Below are positions 1-11,600 of a stretch of 36,555 nt of DNA, piece after piece (position 1 is the stretch's first letter; each line of letters starts with the position of its first letter). The position numbers and the translations under genes are program-made. Location: NCBI GenBank assembly GCA_023231475.1, contig JALJEE010002172.1, forward strand, positions 1 to 36,555, read 5' to 3'. The DNA is from Seison nebaliae (Eukaryota). The notes beneath the pieces were generated by a model. It saw only the letters and a program-made list of their open reading frames with translations. It was not told the origin of the DNA and searched no databases.

Positions 1-139
1 TTCTCTTTCTAAAAAATCTTTCTCTTTACTAAAAAATAAAATTAATAATTTAACTTAAGCTTGAAGTATTTTTTCAACTTTAGCTAGCGGACGTAAACGT
101 CCGCTGTAGGATAAAAAAGTCCCGGATCGAAAGGGTTAA
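1..139. mobile_element. Probable terminus of a piggyBac-like DNA transposon, continuing beyond the left edge of the window
   Basis: The segment ends ...CCCGGATCGAAAGGG (to 135) directly followed by TTAA (136-139), the CCC...GGG/TTAA signature of piggyBac. A GC-rich subterminal palindrome AGCGGACGT-AA-ACGTCCGCT lies at 86-105. The other end and the transposase are not in the window. Confidence 0.5.
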
Positions 140-469
140 ATCTTCCACCATCTTTCTAGGCTCAACCATTGATCTCGGTTGTCTATCCTCCGTGGTGTTA
201 GATCATGTTCGTAACAAATTATATAAAGCGTTCTTCTCTTTCTCTCCTAAGACGAAGTTCGTTGTTCTTAAACTACGTCTACAGCTTTTTAAGAGTATGG
301 TTCTTCCATTATATTCTCTGGATACCATATTTTATGCACTCAACGTTCATTCTTGTCGATCGACTGTGCCTACAATCGTCTTCTCAGAAGATTAATCGGT
401 TCTTATCGACAAAATTTCGGAATCGAACTTCTACACTTCACACATTTCCAACATGAATTATTTTCATAA
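140..469 (+). mobile_element. Degenerate fragment of a non-LTR retrotransposon ORF2 (end of RT and downstream region)
   Basis: The frame of ORF 192..395 reads STIFLGSTID...VRNKLYKAFFSF...LRLQLFKSMVLPLYSL. After a frameshift near 358 another frame reads IDCAYNRLLRRLIGSY to TAA 467-469. This resembles the (Y/F)LG...KLY...LFKS..LPLY...AYN..LRRL pattern after LINE RT domains. Recognised from memory only. Confidence 0.45.
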
Positions 470-738
470 TCGCTCAGTTTTTAGTCATACTACTTGATAC
501 TACGATTTATCTTGCGATATTTTTCTCCAAGATTTCAGAAATTTCATTTTTTCTTACGATCCCTCAGATTCTATAGTATAGAATCTATACTAATCGATCG
601 GGATTCTTTTACCGAATTACACCGATTGATCCATGTTGGCGAAGATCGAAATTTTTTTATCTATTTTTCAAATTCATCCCGCCGGAAATTTTTCTAATAA
701 ATAATAATATTAATATTTTTTTTATTAGTTAAGAATAA

Positions 739-845
739 GATGAGGAAAGGTCCATTTAGTTGATAATAGGATGAGGAAAAGTCCAATTCATAGACGATTG
801 GGTGAGGAAAAGTCCATAATGAAGAAAGTGGATGAGGAAAAGACC
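739..845 (+). repeat. Array of four 15-bp repeats (consensus GATGAGGAAAAGTCC) with unrelated 15-16 bp spacers; probable transposon subterminal repeats
   Basis: Copies lie at 739-753, 770-784, 801-815 and 831-845, with periods 31, 31 and 30 and at most one mismatch each from the consensus. Confidence 0.85.
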
Positions 846-1175
846 GGTATGATTCCTCGATGTGATATTGATATTATATGTTTGAGTAATGTAGTTTATG
901 GTTTACTAGTTTACAGGTAACGTTTTAAAGTTGGAAATAATGCAAATTAAATAAATTTCTAAGCGATTAAAAGCTTTAATATTTAAAAAATAATTTGATA
1001 TGAAACAAATTTAAATGAAATTCACATTAAGATATCGAATAGAAGAAATGTTTAATAGATAAATTTAAGAGTTTTGGTAATGATAATGAAACGATAAAAT
1101 AATATTATTGTACGGTAATGTTGTAGTAAAAGGAACGAATGGTTTATTGGAGAATTTTTTTGACTAATAATAAGT

Positions 1176-1193
1176 TGAACAAATATTTGTTCA
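1176..1193. promoter_or_regulatory. Perfect 18-bp palindrome upstream of CDK8; possible regulatory site
   Basis: TGAACAAAT-ATTTGTTCA ends about 70 bp before the ATG and contains a forkhead-like TATTTGT on both strands. Function is inferred. Confidence 0.3.
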
Positions 1194-1265
1194 TATATCC
1201 AATTGTTGAACTTCAATTTTTACCAAAATAATATTATCATAAAAACGAAACTAAATTGATTGAGA

Positions 1266-3313
1266 ATGGATGTTAATTTCAAAAAATTCATTCAAAATAA
1301 TTCGAGAAAGATTAGTGATACTTTTGATTATCAAGATAAGAAGATTGGTCAAGGAACATATGGACATGTATTCAAAGCAATTCCGAAAGATACGAGTGAT
1401 AAAAGAGAATATGCATTAAAACAAATTGAGAGTCAAGGTATCTCGATGAGTGCTTGTCGAGAATTAGCATTACTTCGTGAATTGAAACATCCGAATGTCA
1501 TTACACTTCAACGAGTATTCCTTGATCATGAAGATAAACGTGTATGGTTATTATTTGATTATGCTGATTTAGATTTATGGACGATAATTCGATATCATCG
1601 ATCTAATAAAACATCGAGTACATTGGGTATGACTAAATCGATTTTATTTCAAATATTAAATGGAATTGATTATCTTCATAAAAATTGGATTTTACATCGT
1701 GATTTAAAACCGGCAAATATTTTAGTAATCGCTGATGGACCAGAACGTGGACGTGTTAAAATTGCTGATATGGGATTTGCTCGACTTTATAATTCTCCAT
1801 TAAAACCGTTAGCTGATTTAGATCCAGTTGTTGTGACTTTTTGGTATCGAGCACCTGAATTATTGTTGGGAGCAAGACATTATACTCAAGCGATTGATAT
1901 TTGGGCAATCGGTTGTATTTTTGTTGAATTGTTAACATATACACCAATATTTCATTGTCAACAAGAAGATATTAAAACATCAAAACCATATCATAAAGAA
2001 CAATTAGATAAAATATTTCTAGTGATGGGATATCCAAAAATTTTGAATGATGATTCCATATCCAACAACAACAACGATCCTACTCGATGGAGTGAAATTA
2101 AATTAATGCCTGATTATGAGAAATTCCTTCAAGATTTTAAGAATAAAAAAGAAGAATTATCAAAACGATCATTGGATATTTATATTGAACATAATAAAAT
2201 TGAAAAACCATCAGCCACTTTAGTTTAATATTTTTGTGGAATTTGGAAATGAGAAAATTTTTATTATTTTTAAGTTAAAAAAATTGTTGAGATTTGATCC
2301 GAAACAACGAATAACTTGCCATATGGCGATGGAAGACGAATATTTTATGATTCCCCCATTACCAACCGATAAGTTTTTTAATATTATTTTTGAGAATTTT
2401 TATATGAATATTTTTAAATTTACAGTGTTTTTGCTAATTGTGATATTTCTTATCCGAAGAAAGATATGGAAGATAAAAAAGTTTAATTTAAAAATAATTG
2501 TCATAGAATTTTTTTATTTTTTGTTATAGAAAACTCAAAAGACTCATCAGAATGTCGGTCGAACAAAACAAGGAAAACGAATAGTGGATAAAATTCGTTA
2601 GTTTTATTCAAAATCTTTTTAAATATTATTAAATTATAAATTGTTAATAGATGTGAATAAAAAACAGAAATTAATGAATAATCATCAAATGAATCAGTTG
2701 TATCATAATGAGAGACCTGGTATGACACAATCGACCGTTGTTCTCAATCAAGGAAATACGAATCAACGAATACAAAATATTCATCATAATATAGGAGGGA
2801 ATAGTGGACGAATAATGAATCATCAACAACAACAACATCATCAACAACAACAACAACAGTTGACAAATAGTTCGAATCATCAACAGCCACATAATCATCT
2901 TCAACATCCACATCCACATCCAAATCATCAACAACAACAACAACAACATCATCAACATCACCCACCACATCCAAATCATCACCATCAACAACAACAACAA
3001 ATTAATAATGGTAATAATAATTTTGTTCGAATGTCAAATCATCGAAATGTTTCTAATTTTTTTTATAAAAAGATTAAATTAAAAATTTTTATCTTTTTAG
3101 ATGAATAACAATAATCGAATGAATAATTTAAATCATCATCAATATATGAGTGGAATGCAAGATGGTAATCCAAATAATAATGAAATGATGATGAATATGC
3201 AACGATTTCCTCATCAAAGAGATCCTCAACAAATACATCAACAACTGAATATTAATAACAACAACAATCATCAGCAACAACAACAGCATAAGATGCATCA
3301 CCTTCAAAGATAA
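1266..3313 (+). CDS. CDK8: Cyclin-dependent kinase 8 (Mediator kinase module), about 595 aa, 6 exons: 1266-2222, 2275-2372, 2426-2480, 2530-2596, 2651-3048, 3101-3313
   Basis: CDK8/19 hallmarks are present: Gx[53 protein letters not shown] (DMG in place of DFG) and [25 protein letters not shown]. Removing five GT-AG introns (52, 53, 49, 54, 52 nt) restores [15 protein letters not shown]...[18 protein letters not shown] and one open frame of 1788 nt. Confidence 0.96.
2821..3000 (+). repeat. Coding CAA/CAT/CCA trinucleotide-rich tract (poly-Q/H/P) in the CDK8 tail
   Basis: Runs of (CAA)n and CATCCA encode [13 protein letters not shown]...[19 protein letters not shown]. Confidence 0.9.
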
Positions 3314-3458
3314 TAATTTGAGATAGATTTAAATTGAGATTTAAAAAAAAAATGAAATTTATTTTCGTAAAAAAAATTATTTTAATTATAATTTTAATAA
3401 GAATGCAATAAGGTTGCCAGTGACTGCAAATAAAAGAAAATATAAACTGTTTGTTATC

Positions 3459-6400
3459 TTAATTGATAACGGTTGATTGAATGGAATCATTTCCATTACT
3501 CTGTAAATTATAAGGTGAAGAATTATTCAATTCAATTTCCTTATTCATTTGCAGTTGACGACGAGTTTCCATCAAACAATACTCTTCGCTCGTCTTATCA
3601 TGAGTTGAACCTGAATTCTGACTAGTTGATAAAGTGGAAAATGATGACGGTTTTGATACGTCAGTTAAATTTAGCGTGTTCCCACTACTACTATTACTGA
3701 GATCTCGAGGATTATTTATGGAAAATTTAGGGAAGTTATCTATTCGATTTTTTGTTTCTTGGACATCTCTCCAATTGTTAGTTTCGATGGATGGTGATGG
3801 TTCTTTTAAATCGAAATTCGTATTTACTGTATGATTATTCAACAGAATATCATTCGGACTCTGAAAAGAAACATGAAAAATTTGAATAGAAAAAGAAAGA
3901 AATTTAACGAATTCTCCATTATATAATTTTGGAACGATGTTCGATTTGGATTTAGAATATAATTTTTTCTCATTCTGTTTATCTCCAATCAATGTGTAAG
4001 GTAAAACATCGTTCTCCTGTTCCAGGAGATGTTTACTGACGAAAAATTCTTCATTACTTTCTTCCGGTTGAATATTTATACTACAAATATTCTGTTTTGG
4101 TAATTTCGTCTCATAACTGTTCTGATTACTATTCTGATTACTATTTGAACTGAATTGTGACGCTGTAATATTAGTTTGATTACTACCGTTCTCATCGCTG
4201 CAATAATATGTTGATGCTGATGATGGAATTAATTGATCGTTCATCTTTTTCATATTCGTCACATTAACAATCGTTTTATTTGCGTTAAATCCATTATTTT
4301 TCTTCTTATTATTATTATTATTATTATTCATCATATAATAATTAATTTGATGTAACGGTTTTGATTTGAGATAATTTCTATCATTCTTAAAATCATCCAA
4401 ACGATTTTCATGGAATAAATCTCGTTTATCAAAATCATTAAATTGTGTCTTCTCTCCATACGAATCAGTTGGCGATGTACTATAATCCAACATTGAATTT
4501 TCGATTGATACACTCATCTGATCAAAATGTCGATCAGTATCGACCTTCATCGATTTTATTTGATCATTATTCTTATCATAATATCTGATATTAGTTGGAG
4601 TATCAAAATTTCTGGAAAGTAAAAGATGATGTTCTTCATTATTCTTCGAATATTGATTTTCTATCGAGAACTTTTTTTCATCATCATTCTTCGAACAATC
4701 ATGCGAATGCTGATATTTCCCATTGAGATGATAATTGGAATTCATTGGAAATATAAATGATGAACGTTCATGTAATGGAGAAGTGGCCGATGAGAAACTT
4801 TGTGAATTCTCAATCAAACGATGTTGATGATGTCGTTGCAATGATGTATTGTTTATGAGATTACTATTACTCGAATAAAGATCTTGACGACTTTGTGGCG
4901 ATGAAATAATTCTCCCATTTAATATTTGTCGATTTATTGATGAAGTTTGATGATTAAATGAATTTATTGTTTCACTTCGTCGATGATGTTGAGGATTGGA
5001 ATTGATGGAACTAGATATCAACAACGTTTGTTTATCAGGAAAAGCATTTTTCTTCTTTATCCGTTTTTTCTTTTCCTTCTGACGATTATTAATAATTCGT
5101 TTCAATTGAGCTGTCACTATAATACTCCCCACTAAAATTACAGCACCTACTGTTGTAAATATGATGACATATTTTCGATTATTATACCAATCAGGAATAT
5201 GTGAAACGGTTTTATAGAAAACATTCGTTCCATCATGAAGATACTCTATGGAATTTCTTGGAATTAACGGTTTCATTTTAGTGCCATTAGCAAATAGATA
5301 AATAGTTTTCGTTTCAATAAATGATTGATTCTCATAAAATATATCAATCTCAATAGCAATCTCATTTTCATAATATAAGAATCGTTCTGGAATAATTTCC
5401 AATTGACATGACGAAGTTAAACTTCGATTCTTTTTCGAAGTCAAATGATATTTGTTCATGATATGAAAAATTTCGATACGTTTCCAATAATCGTTGGCTA
5501 ATCGACAGAAAATTCTTTCATTCTTCATTCGAAATTCCGCAATACGTTCTCGATTCTTTAATTGATTGTGTTGGAGAAGAAAGAAGGATTGTTTTGTTCT
5601 TTCATCAATTATTGTTTGTAGTTTCGAAAGAATTTCGATTCTTTTCGTTTTCTTATTTTCTGAATTCTTTTTTTTTTCGGGTGGAATTCTGATAGAATTT
5701 TGATATTTCTCAACTAAAATTAATTTAACATCAGTCGTCACATTGAATTTTCCATCACTTACACCAATTCTGATCATTGTCGATGTGGTATTGATATTGG
5801 CGAATTTGACGAGATTATGTCGAATGAATAATCGTCCATCTCTCTCGTTGACACTGAAGAAGTAGCCGATTTCATTCCAAATTTTCTGTTGATTATTTCT
5901 TTTCATTTTCAATTGAAATTTATCTTCTCGAATGATCCAATAACGAAGATTTGTCGTCATATCGAAATCCGTCACTTTAATTGTTCCAATATATAATCCA
6001 ATTGGTGATAGTGAATCGATACTAAAAATATAAGGTTGATGATGGAAAACTGGTGGGAATTCGTTATGATCTTTCAAATGGAGAACAAATAAATATTCTT
6101 CCGTTTTCGTATTGGTCATGGAAGAATATTCGTTTGGGAAAATCAATTTGAATTGTTGGGAAGTATCAAGAATATTCTGCTTCTTCATAGCAACTCCAAT
6201 CCGAGTGATATATTTCCGATTTTTATCTGTTATCGTTGAATTGTCATCGATAATTAAACGAAAAAGTAATGATGTCTTATTAGCGATATTAGGCGTATCG
6301 AATAGAAGTGAATATTGTTCATCTTCCAAATCGAACGATTGAAGACAATGTAAATCGCCAGTAACTGGATTTAGAAATAAATGTTTTCTCAACCATTTCT

Positions 6401-8613
6401 GATATGCATATTGTTCCAAATTCACTTTCGTATTGTAACCACTTTCCCAATATAATGGAAACAAACGATAATTGATATGAGTATTTGTTGTTTGATCGAG
6501 ATCAGTTGCTTTGAATTGAATAATTGGATGTAGAAAAGATTTGTGTGAACACGATTCTTTATTCGATTCATCGATTTCTGTCGAAACTATTCCATTCAAA
6601 TTAAACTTTCCTAATAACTTCTCATATTTCTTCTTTTCCATTCGATTTTTTAATTTTGGAGAATTATCATTCTCATTCATTACCAGAATGACAATTAAAG
6701 TCAAAACTGAATTTTGCATCGATACACCGTTATCTTCTACTGCGACGACGAGAAGATGAACAGGCAATTTCTCATAATCAAAAATCGTCGGTTTAATTCC
6801 TGTGGAGACGGCACGTATTTGATGAAGATTTGCCGAGTCACTATTAATATAAAAAGTGATTGATGATTTATCATTCTTTAAATTCGCTTCCGTCACATCA
6901 TCCAATGTGATGTCGAGAGACGAATTTTCATTTTCATCTGTATCATAAACTTCCATTTGAAATAAGGTGATAGAAGATTTGATATTTTCATACGTTTCTA
7001 ATACCACCACTTGATGGTAAAGGTCGACGATATTCTTATGAATTTTCTTTTCATGTTCCACCATAAACTGATTGAATTGGAGATGATTCTCTCGGAAATG
7101 ATGAAGTCTTTCCAACTCTTTCTTTCGTTTACCCTCCAAATTGAAGACATTTGATGAGATATATTTCTCTGATGCTTCTATTTCACCGATACTCATACTG
7201 ATGGTAGGCATATTATCATTCACATCTAAAACGTTAATATTAACGATGGTATATCCAACCATTGCTTTTGTTTCGTTGTTAGAAACATCTTGAGCACGAA
7301 CCATAACTCGATAATTATTTCGAATTTCTCGATCTAATTCTTTTTTCAAAAAAAGATTTCCATTCAATTTATTGATAGAGAATATAGTTAGAATTTCTTT
7401 ATCTTTCGTTATTATCGGTTCGATGGAATAAGAGATACTATTATTTTGTCGATCATCAGCATCAGTTGCATGCATTGTCATAATGAGACTATTAACTTCC
7501 ATATCTTCTTTAACATTAATCTATTGAAATAAATGAATATAATAATGAAATTCTTAAAAAAACAAAGTTATTAACTGTATATTCATCTGAATCAAATTTT
7601 GGAATATTATCATTCACATCGATTATATCGATAATAATATTGATCGTTGATTTCGATATGGTTCGATTTGATCTTGGTGCGTTTGATGCTGATAATTGAA
7701 GCCAATATTGATGATATATTTCACGATCAAGTTTATTCTTCGATTTAAGTTTTGGTTGTAGTTGTCTCAATTCACCATAACTATTGGGACCATTTCGAAT
7801 GATATTATCTTGATACTGTTCGCTCAAGAGTGAAGTTGTTGAATGATAATATTGATTGGATGGAAATCGGGAGAAGACGTTTTGTTCTGGTAAGCGATTG
7901 AATACTAAAATGAAAGGACGACATAACTCTCGATGTTCATAATAAGATGATTTAATTTGTTCATTCATCACACACGTTTGTTTAGTTAGACGATAAATGA
8001 TGTCATCTGATGGATCGGCATCAAAAGCCATTGGCAAATCCCAAGTATTCGTTTCGATATCGACATTCTCTGGAATACTAATCCGATAGTTTTGTTCACT
8101 AAACTTTATGGAATGTTCGTCAATATCTTTCAATTCTATTTCGATACTATTATATTCCGTTTGAATGGTATTCTCCTCATGACTCATGTGATTCAATGGA
8201 GATTGTTGATGAACATATGTTAATGGTTTGAGTGAATAACGAATAATGTATTCTATATTTAAAATACATTTCTTACAACTACAATATCGTTTATTCTGAT
8301 TATGAACGAGATGGCTCGATTTATCTGAATTACCACGACATAACATTTCGAGATCTAATTCGACTTTATTCGTTATAATATCCATTTTCTCATAATGTCT
8401 TCGAACAGATTTAAAACGGAAAAGTTCACCACCTTCAATGAAGGTGACAGATGCATTTATAATTTCATAAAGATTACCCGCATTAAATATGGCTGGTATC
8501 TCTAAATCATATGGTCTAACTGGTTCGGTTTGGTTCACCCATTTTTTACCACCAAATATTGGATTGACTAAAAAGATGAAGGTCAGAAAAATAGTTCTGA
8601 ATTGTCTCATCAT
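3459..8613 (-). CDS. Protocadherin-like cell adhesion protein, about 1,683 aa; exons 8613-7576, 7520-3909, 3860-3459
   Basis: It has a signal peptide (MMRQFRTIFLTFIFLVNPIFG) and a protocadherin-type EC1 motif LDLEMLC...C..C. Cadherin motifs recur (PEN, AxDxD, LDRE/FDYE, DVNDNxP, NENDNSP, DHNEFPPVF), giving at least 6 EC repeats. One TM helix (YVIIFTTVGAVILVGSIIVTAQL) precedes a long N/S-rich cytoplasmic tail. A 55-nt intron at 7575-7521 joins the two ORFs as DEYT|INVKEDMEV. The 48-nt in-frame intron at 3908-3861 is probable but less certain. Confidence 0.9.
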
Positions 8614-11600
8614 TTCTTCTCGTATTGATTTGAGTCAATCAATAATTGGAAGTTCCATAACAGATTGTTGGAGATTAAAAGGAGCTGAAATGGAGAAGAT
8701 AATGCGGAAAATTGTTCTGTCTAGGAATAAAGCGAAAGAAGGAGAAATAAGGAACATTAAATGAAATGATGTGAAAAGTTGAAGGAATATGAACAAATAG
8801 AAGAAAGAAATTTATTCACAATCATTCTGATAATGAGAACGGAATAGGAAATCGAAATAAAATTAGAATACTTCCAGTTTCTTCTTCTTTACGTAAGAGG
8901 TTAATTGGGAGAGCGATTAATTATTCTAATGGAAATAAGATGGTCGAATGGCAGTGAAATTGGGAAAAAGTTTCATTCAATTTTTTCTTCTTCTATTTGG
9001 ATGATGTCAATTGAATGATAATTTAGAGGAATAGTATTAGAATCTATTTTCATCTTATCAACTTCGTCTTTTCATTACGATTCGTTGAAATGTGATAATC
9101 AAGAGGAACATTCACCGAATGATTCGATTATCTTCCGCTTTCAATCATGTCAGATGGAATATGTCTCTCATTCCTTCCCACTCGCTTGATTACCATTACC
9201 TCTTTCGTTACTTTGTCGTGTGGCCTCTTCTCCTTCTCCTTCTTCTTCTTCGTCAACCCAGAAATGAATCATTGTAATCATATTAGAATTAGTAGACGTA
9301 TCCCCATCAGGAATTTATCTTTATCCGCAACCATTTTTATTTGTCTTCCTTTCTTATGGATTGTGGTTTCTTCTTATATTTTTAGTAATTCATCAAATTA
9401 TTCTTAACCGATTAATATATACAACTAATATTATTCCTTCAGTTTCAGGTGACGAAATATTGACGATACAGCCTTTTCTTCTTCAGTAGACAACCCAAGG
9501 AAAAGAAATATTTCTAACAATTCTTCGAAAAGAAAAGTTTAATGTCTTAATTGATTATATTACATATGCCTCTCCTACGATTGATTATATTAACCTTAAA
9601 TGAGAAAAAAGAGGAACAATGAAAATATAAAGAAAATTTTTGACAAAGTACATTCTCTTCTTTTTGGAAATTGGAACATCTATCAATTTTCAATGTTCAT
9701 ATAAATCGTTAATGAAATTCGTTCATCTTTACATATTTCAATAAAGCAATTATGTGTGATGTAGTCAGCAATCATAACTATCTCTTTTGAGCAATATTTA
9801 CTGATTCATCTATCGATTAAATGAAGTTCATGGAAATATCGGTAATTTATATCGACATTAATATCGATTTTTTTCCAAATATAAAGTGTCAACTCAGTCA
9901 GCCACATGACAAAGTAGAAAAAGAAATCATCATTTATTGGGAAGATATTGAATAAGAAACAATTTAAGAATAATATTTGAAGTGAAGAATGATAATGGGA
10001 AAATCTGATGAGTAACGAGAAAGGAACGAGGAAGGAAACGAGAAAATTAAATGGAAATTACATTGATATATGTAATTAATTAATATTCTCTACTGTCGAT
10101 TATTATGGTAGTGATGATTATGACGACTTTTCAAACTATTTTCGTCAACATTCCGCCTATTACCACCACCATCAACGTCGTCATCGACTTCATATTTTCA
10201 TTCAATAGTATTATCATTAAAATGAGTATACCTCATTCTGGTTTTCATGAAAGAAAGATGGAGAAAGAACCAAATAGAATGCGGAAGATGAAGTTTTTTT
10301 CTTCACCAACTTCCCATTTTAATAAAATGCCTTTTTTGTCATCAGCCATTCTTGAAGAAGAAAACTATTGACATATGAAAGAAAAAATAATAGTTCATTT
10401 TATCGAATATTGTCTATTCGATAGTCGTCCGTATATTTGTGATTTTGGTGACTCATCAGATTTCGATAGATATATTTACTTATCTTCTTCTTACTCATCT
10501 TCTGATAAACAGTCAATCATTTTTCTCACATCATCATATCCGAAGACAAATAGTTATTTCGTATTAGAATAAAAGTAGAATTAATGATTCCATTATTCTT
10601 ATCAGAATTACTCACAGAAATATCTATCCAACAAATGCGGAAACTTGACATAATTTTTGGTATGTCATACATTCCCACAAACGGCATACCTCGTGGTCTT
10701 TTCTATGAATGAATGACCGTTGGTCATTAAAATCAAGCAGAATTCACATCGATGCATGATCTCTCTATAACTCATTCTAAACATCATCATCATCAACAAC
10801 AACACCTAAAATAACAACAACCTCTTATTATTCAACTATATCTCATTTATCTTTTTTGAATAAATCGATATAAATAATCTATTGGACTTGGACGAACATA
10901 GAAATTCGAGAAAATTGTGGAGAATGTATATATTTGAGATGACAGGAAGAATTTTATAATTATCTTCCTCTTCTAATTTTTGTAAACAAAACATTGAGAT
11001 AAATCGATAATTGATATTCTTTTACTGAAATGATGTTTATGAGAAATGAGAAACATAAAGAAAATACCTTGTTCGTTCTGAACGGGATCTCGCATTAATA
11101 GTGAAAATAACTAGAATGATATCGATTAGAATCATGATCATATTAATATATTGGAGATGAAATAATTATTTTCATTTATCTTAATTTTTCATATTTATAA
11201 TTTCATTCACTGGAGAATTTCTGCATCATCTCTGCTCATTTACATTGGAACAGATGACTGGTGTCTACGCCGAATCTCGTTATCCTCACCGGAATTCATT
11301 CATTTTGACATTCATAACATTTAACGAACGAATTCTTACCATTTCAAACAAATATCCAATAAAAGTCATATTGACATAATTCATTCAATATTTATGATAT
11401 ATTTATAGAGGAGAATTCGGACAACACAAAGTCGAATTGGATCAATTTTCATATTAATATTCAACAACAATAACAACAACAACAAATAGTATTATAAAAC
11501 AACAGGTCGTTGATAGAAAAATCTCGACTCAATTGACTTATAGTAAAAATTTGAACAGATTCACGAGGATGAACTCACTAGAAAAAAATATCATAGGAAG

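Noticed and set aside
739..845. CRISPR array
   Set aside because: The repeats (15 bp) and spacers (15-16 bp) are too short, there are no cas genes, and the context is eukaryotic.
2671..3000. Minus-strand ORFs rich in L/M/W or V/D (2671..3000, 2744..2974)
   Set aside because: They are antisense shadows of the CAA/CAT repeats in the CDK8 tail.
7503..7575. Two separate cadherin genes or a frameshifted pseudogene
   Set aside because: A 55-nt GT-AG intron joins the two ORFs and restores a normal cadherin linker.
3634..8764. Short ORFs overlapping the protocadherin (3634, 4331, 6112, 6541, 8489)
   Set aside because: They are antisense or off-frame by-products of a long coding sequence, with no independent signal.
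10646..10728. Small hairpins with an Sm-site-like AATTTTTGG (possible snRNA or SL RNA)
   Set aside because: 7-bp stems are expected by chance at this AT content, the Sm-like word sits in a loop, and no snRNA consensus is recognisable.
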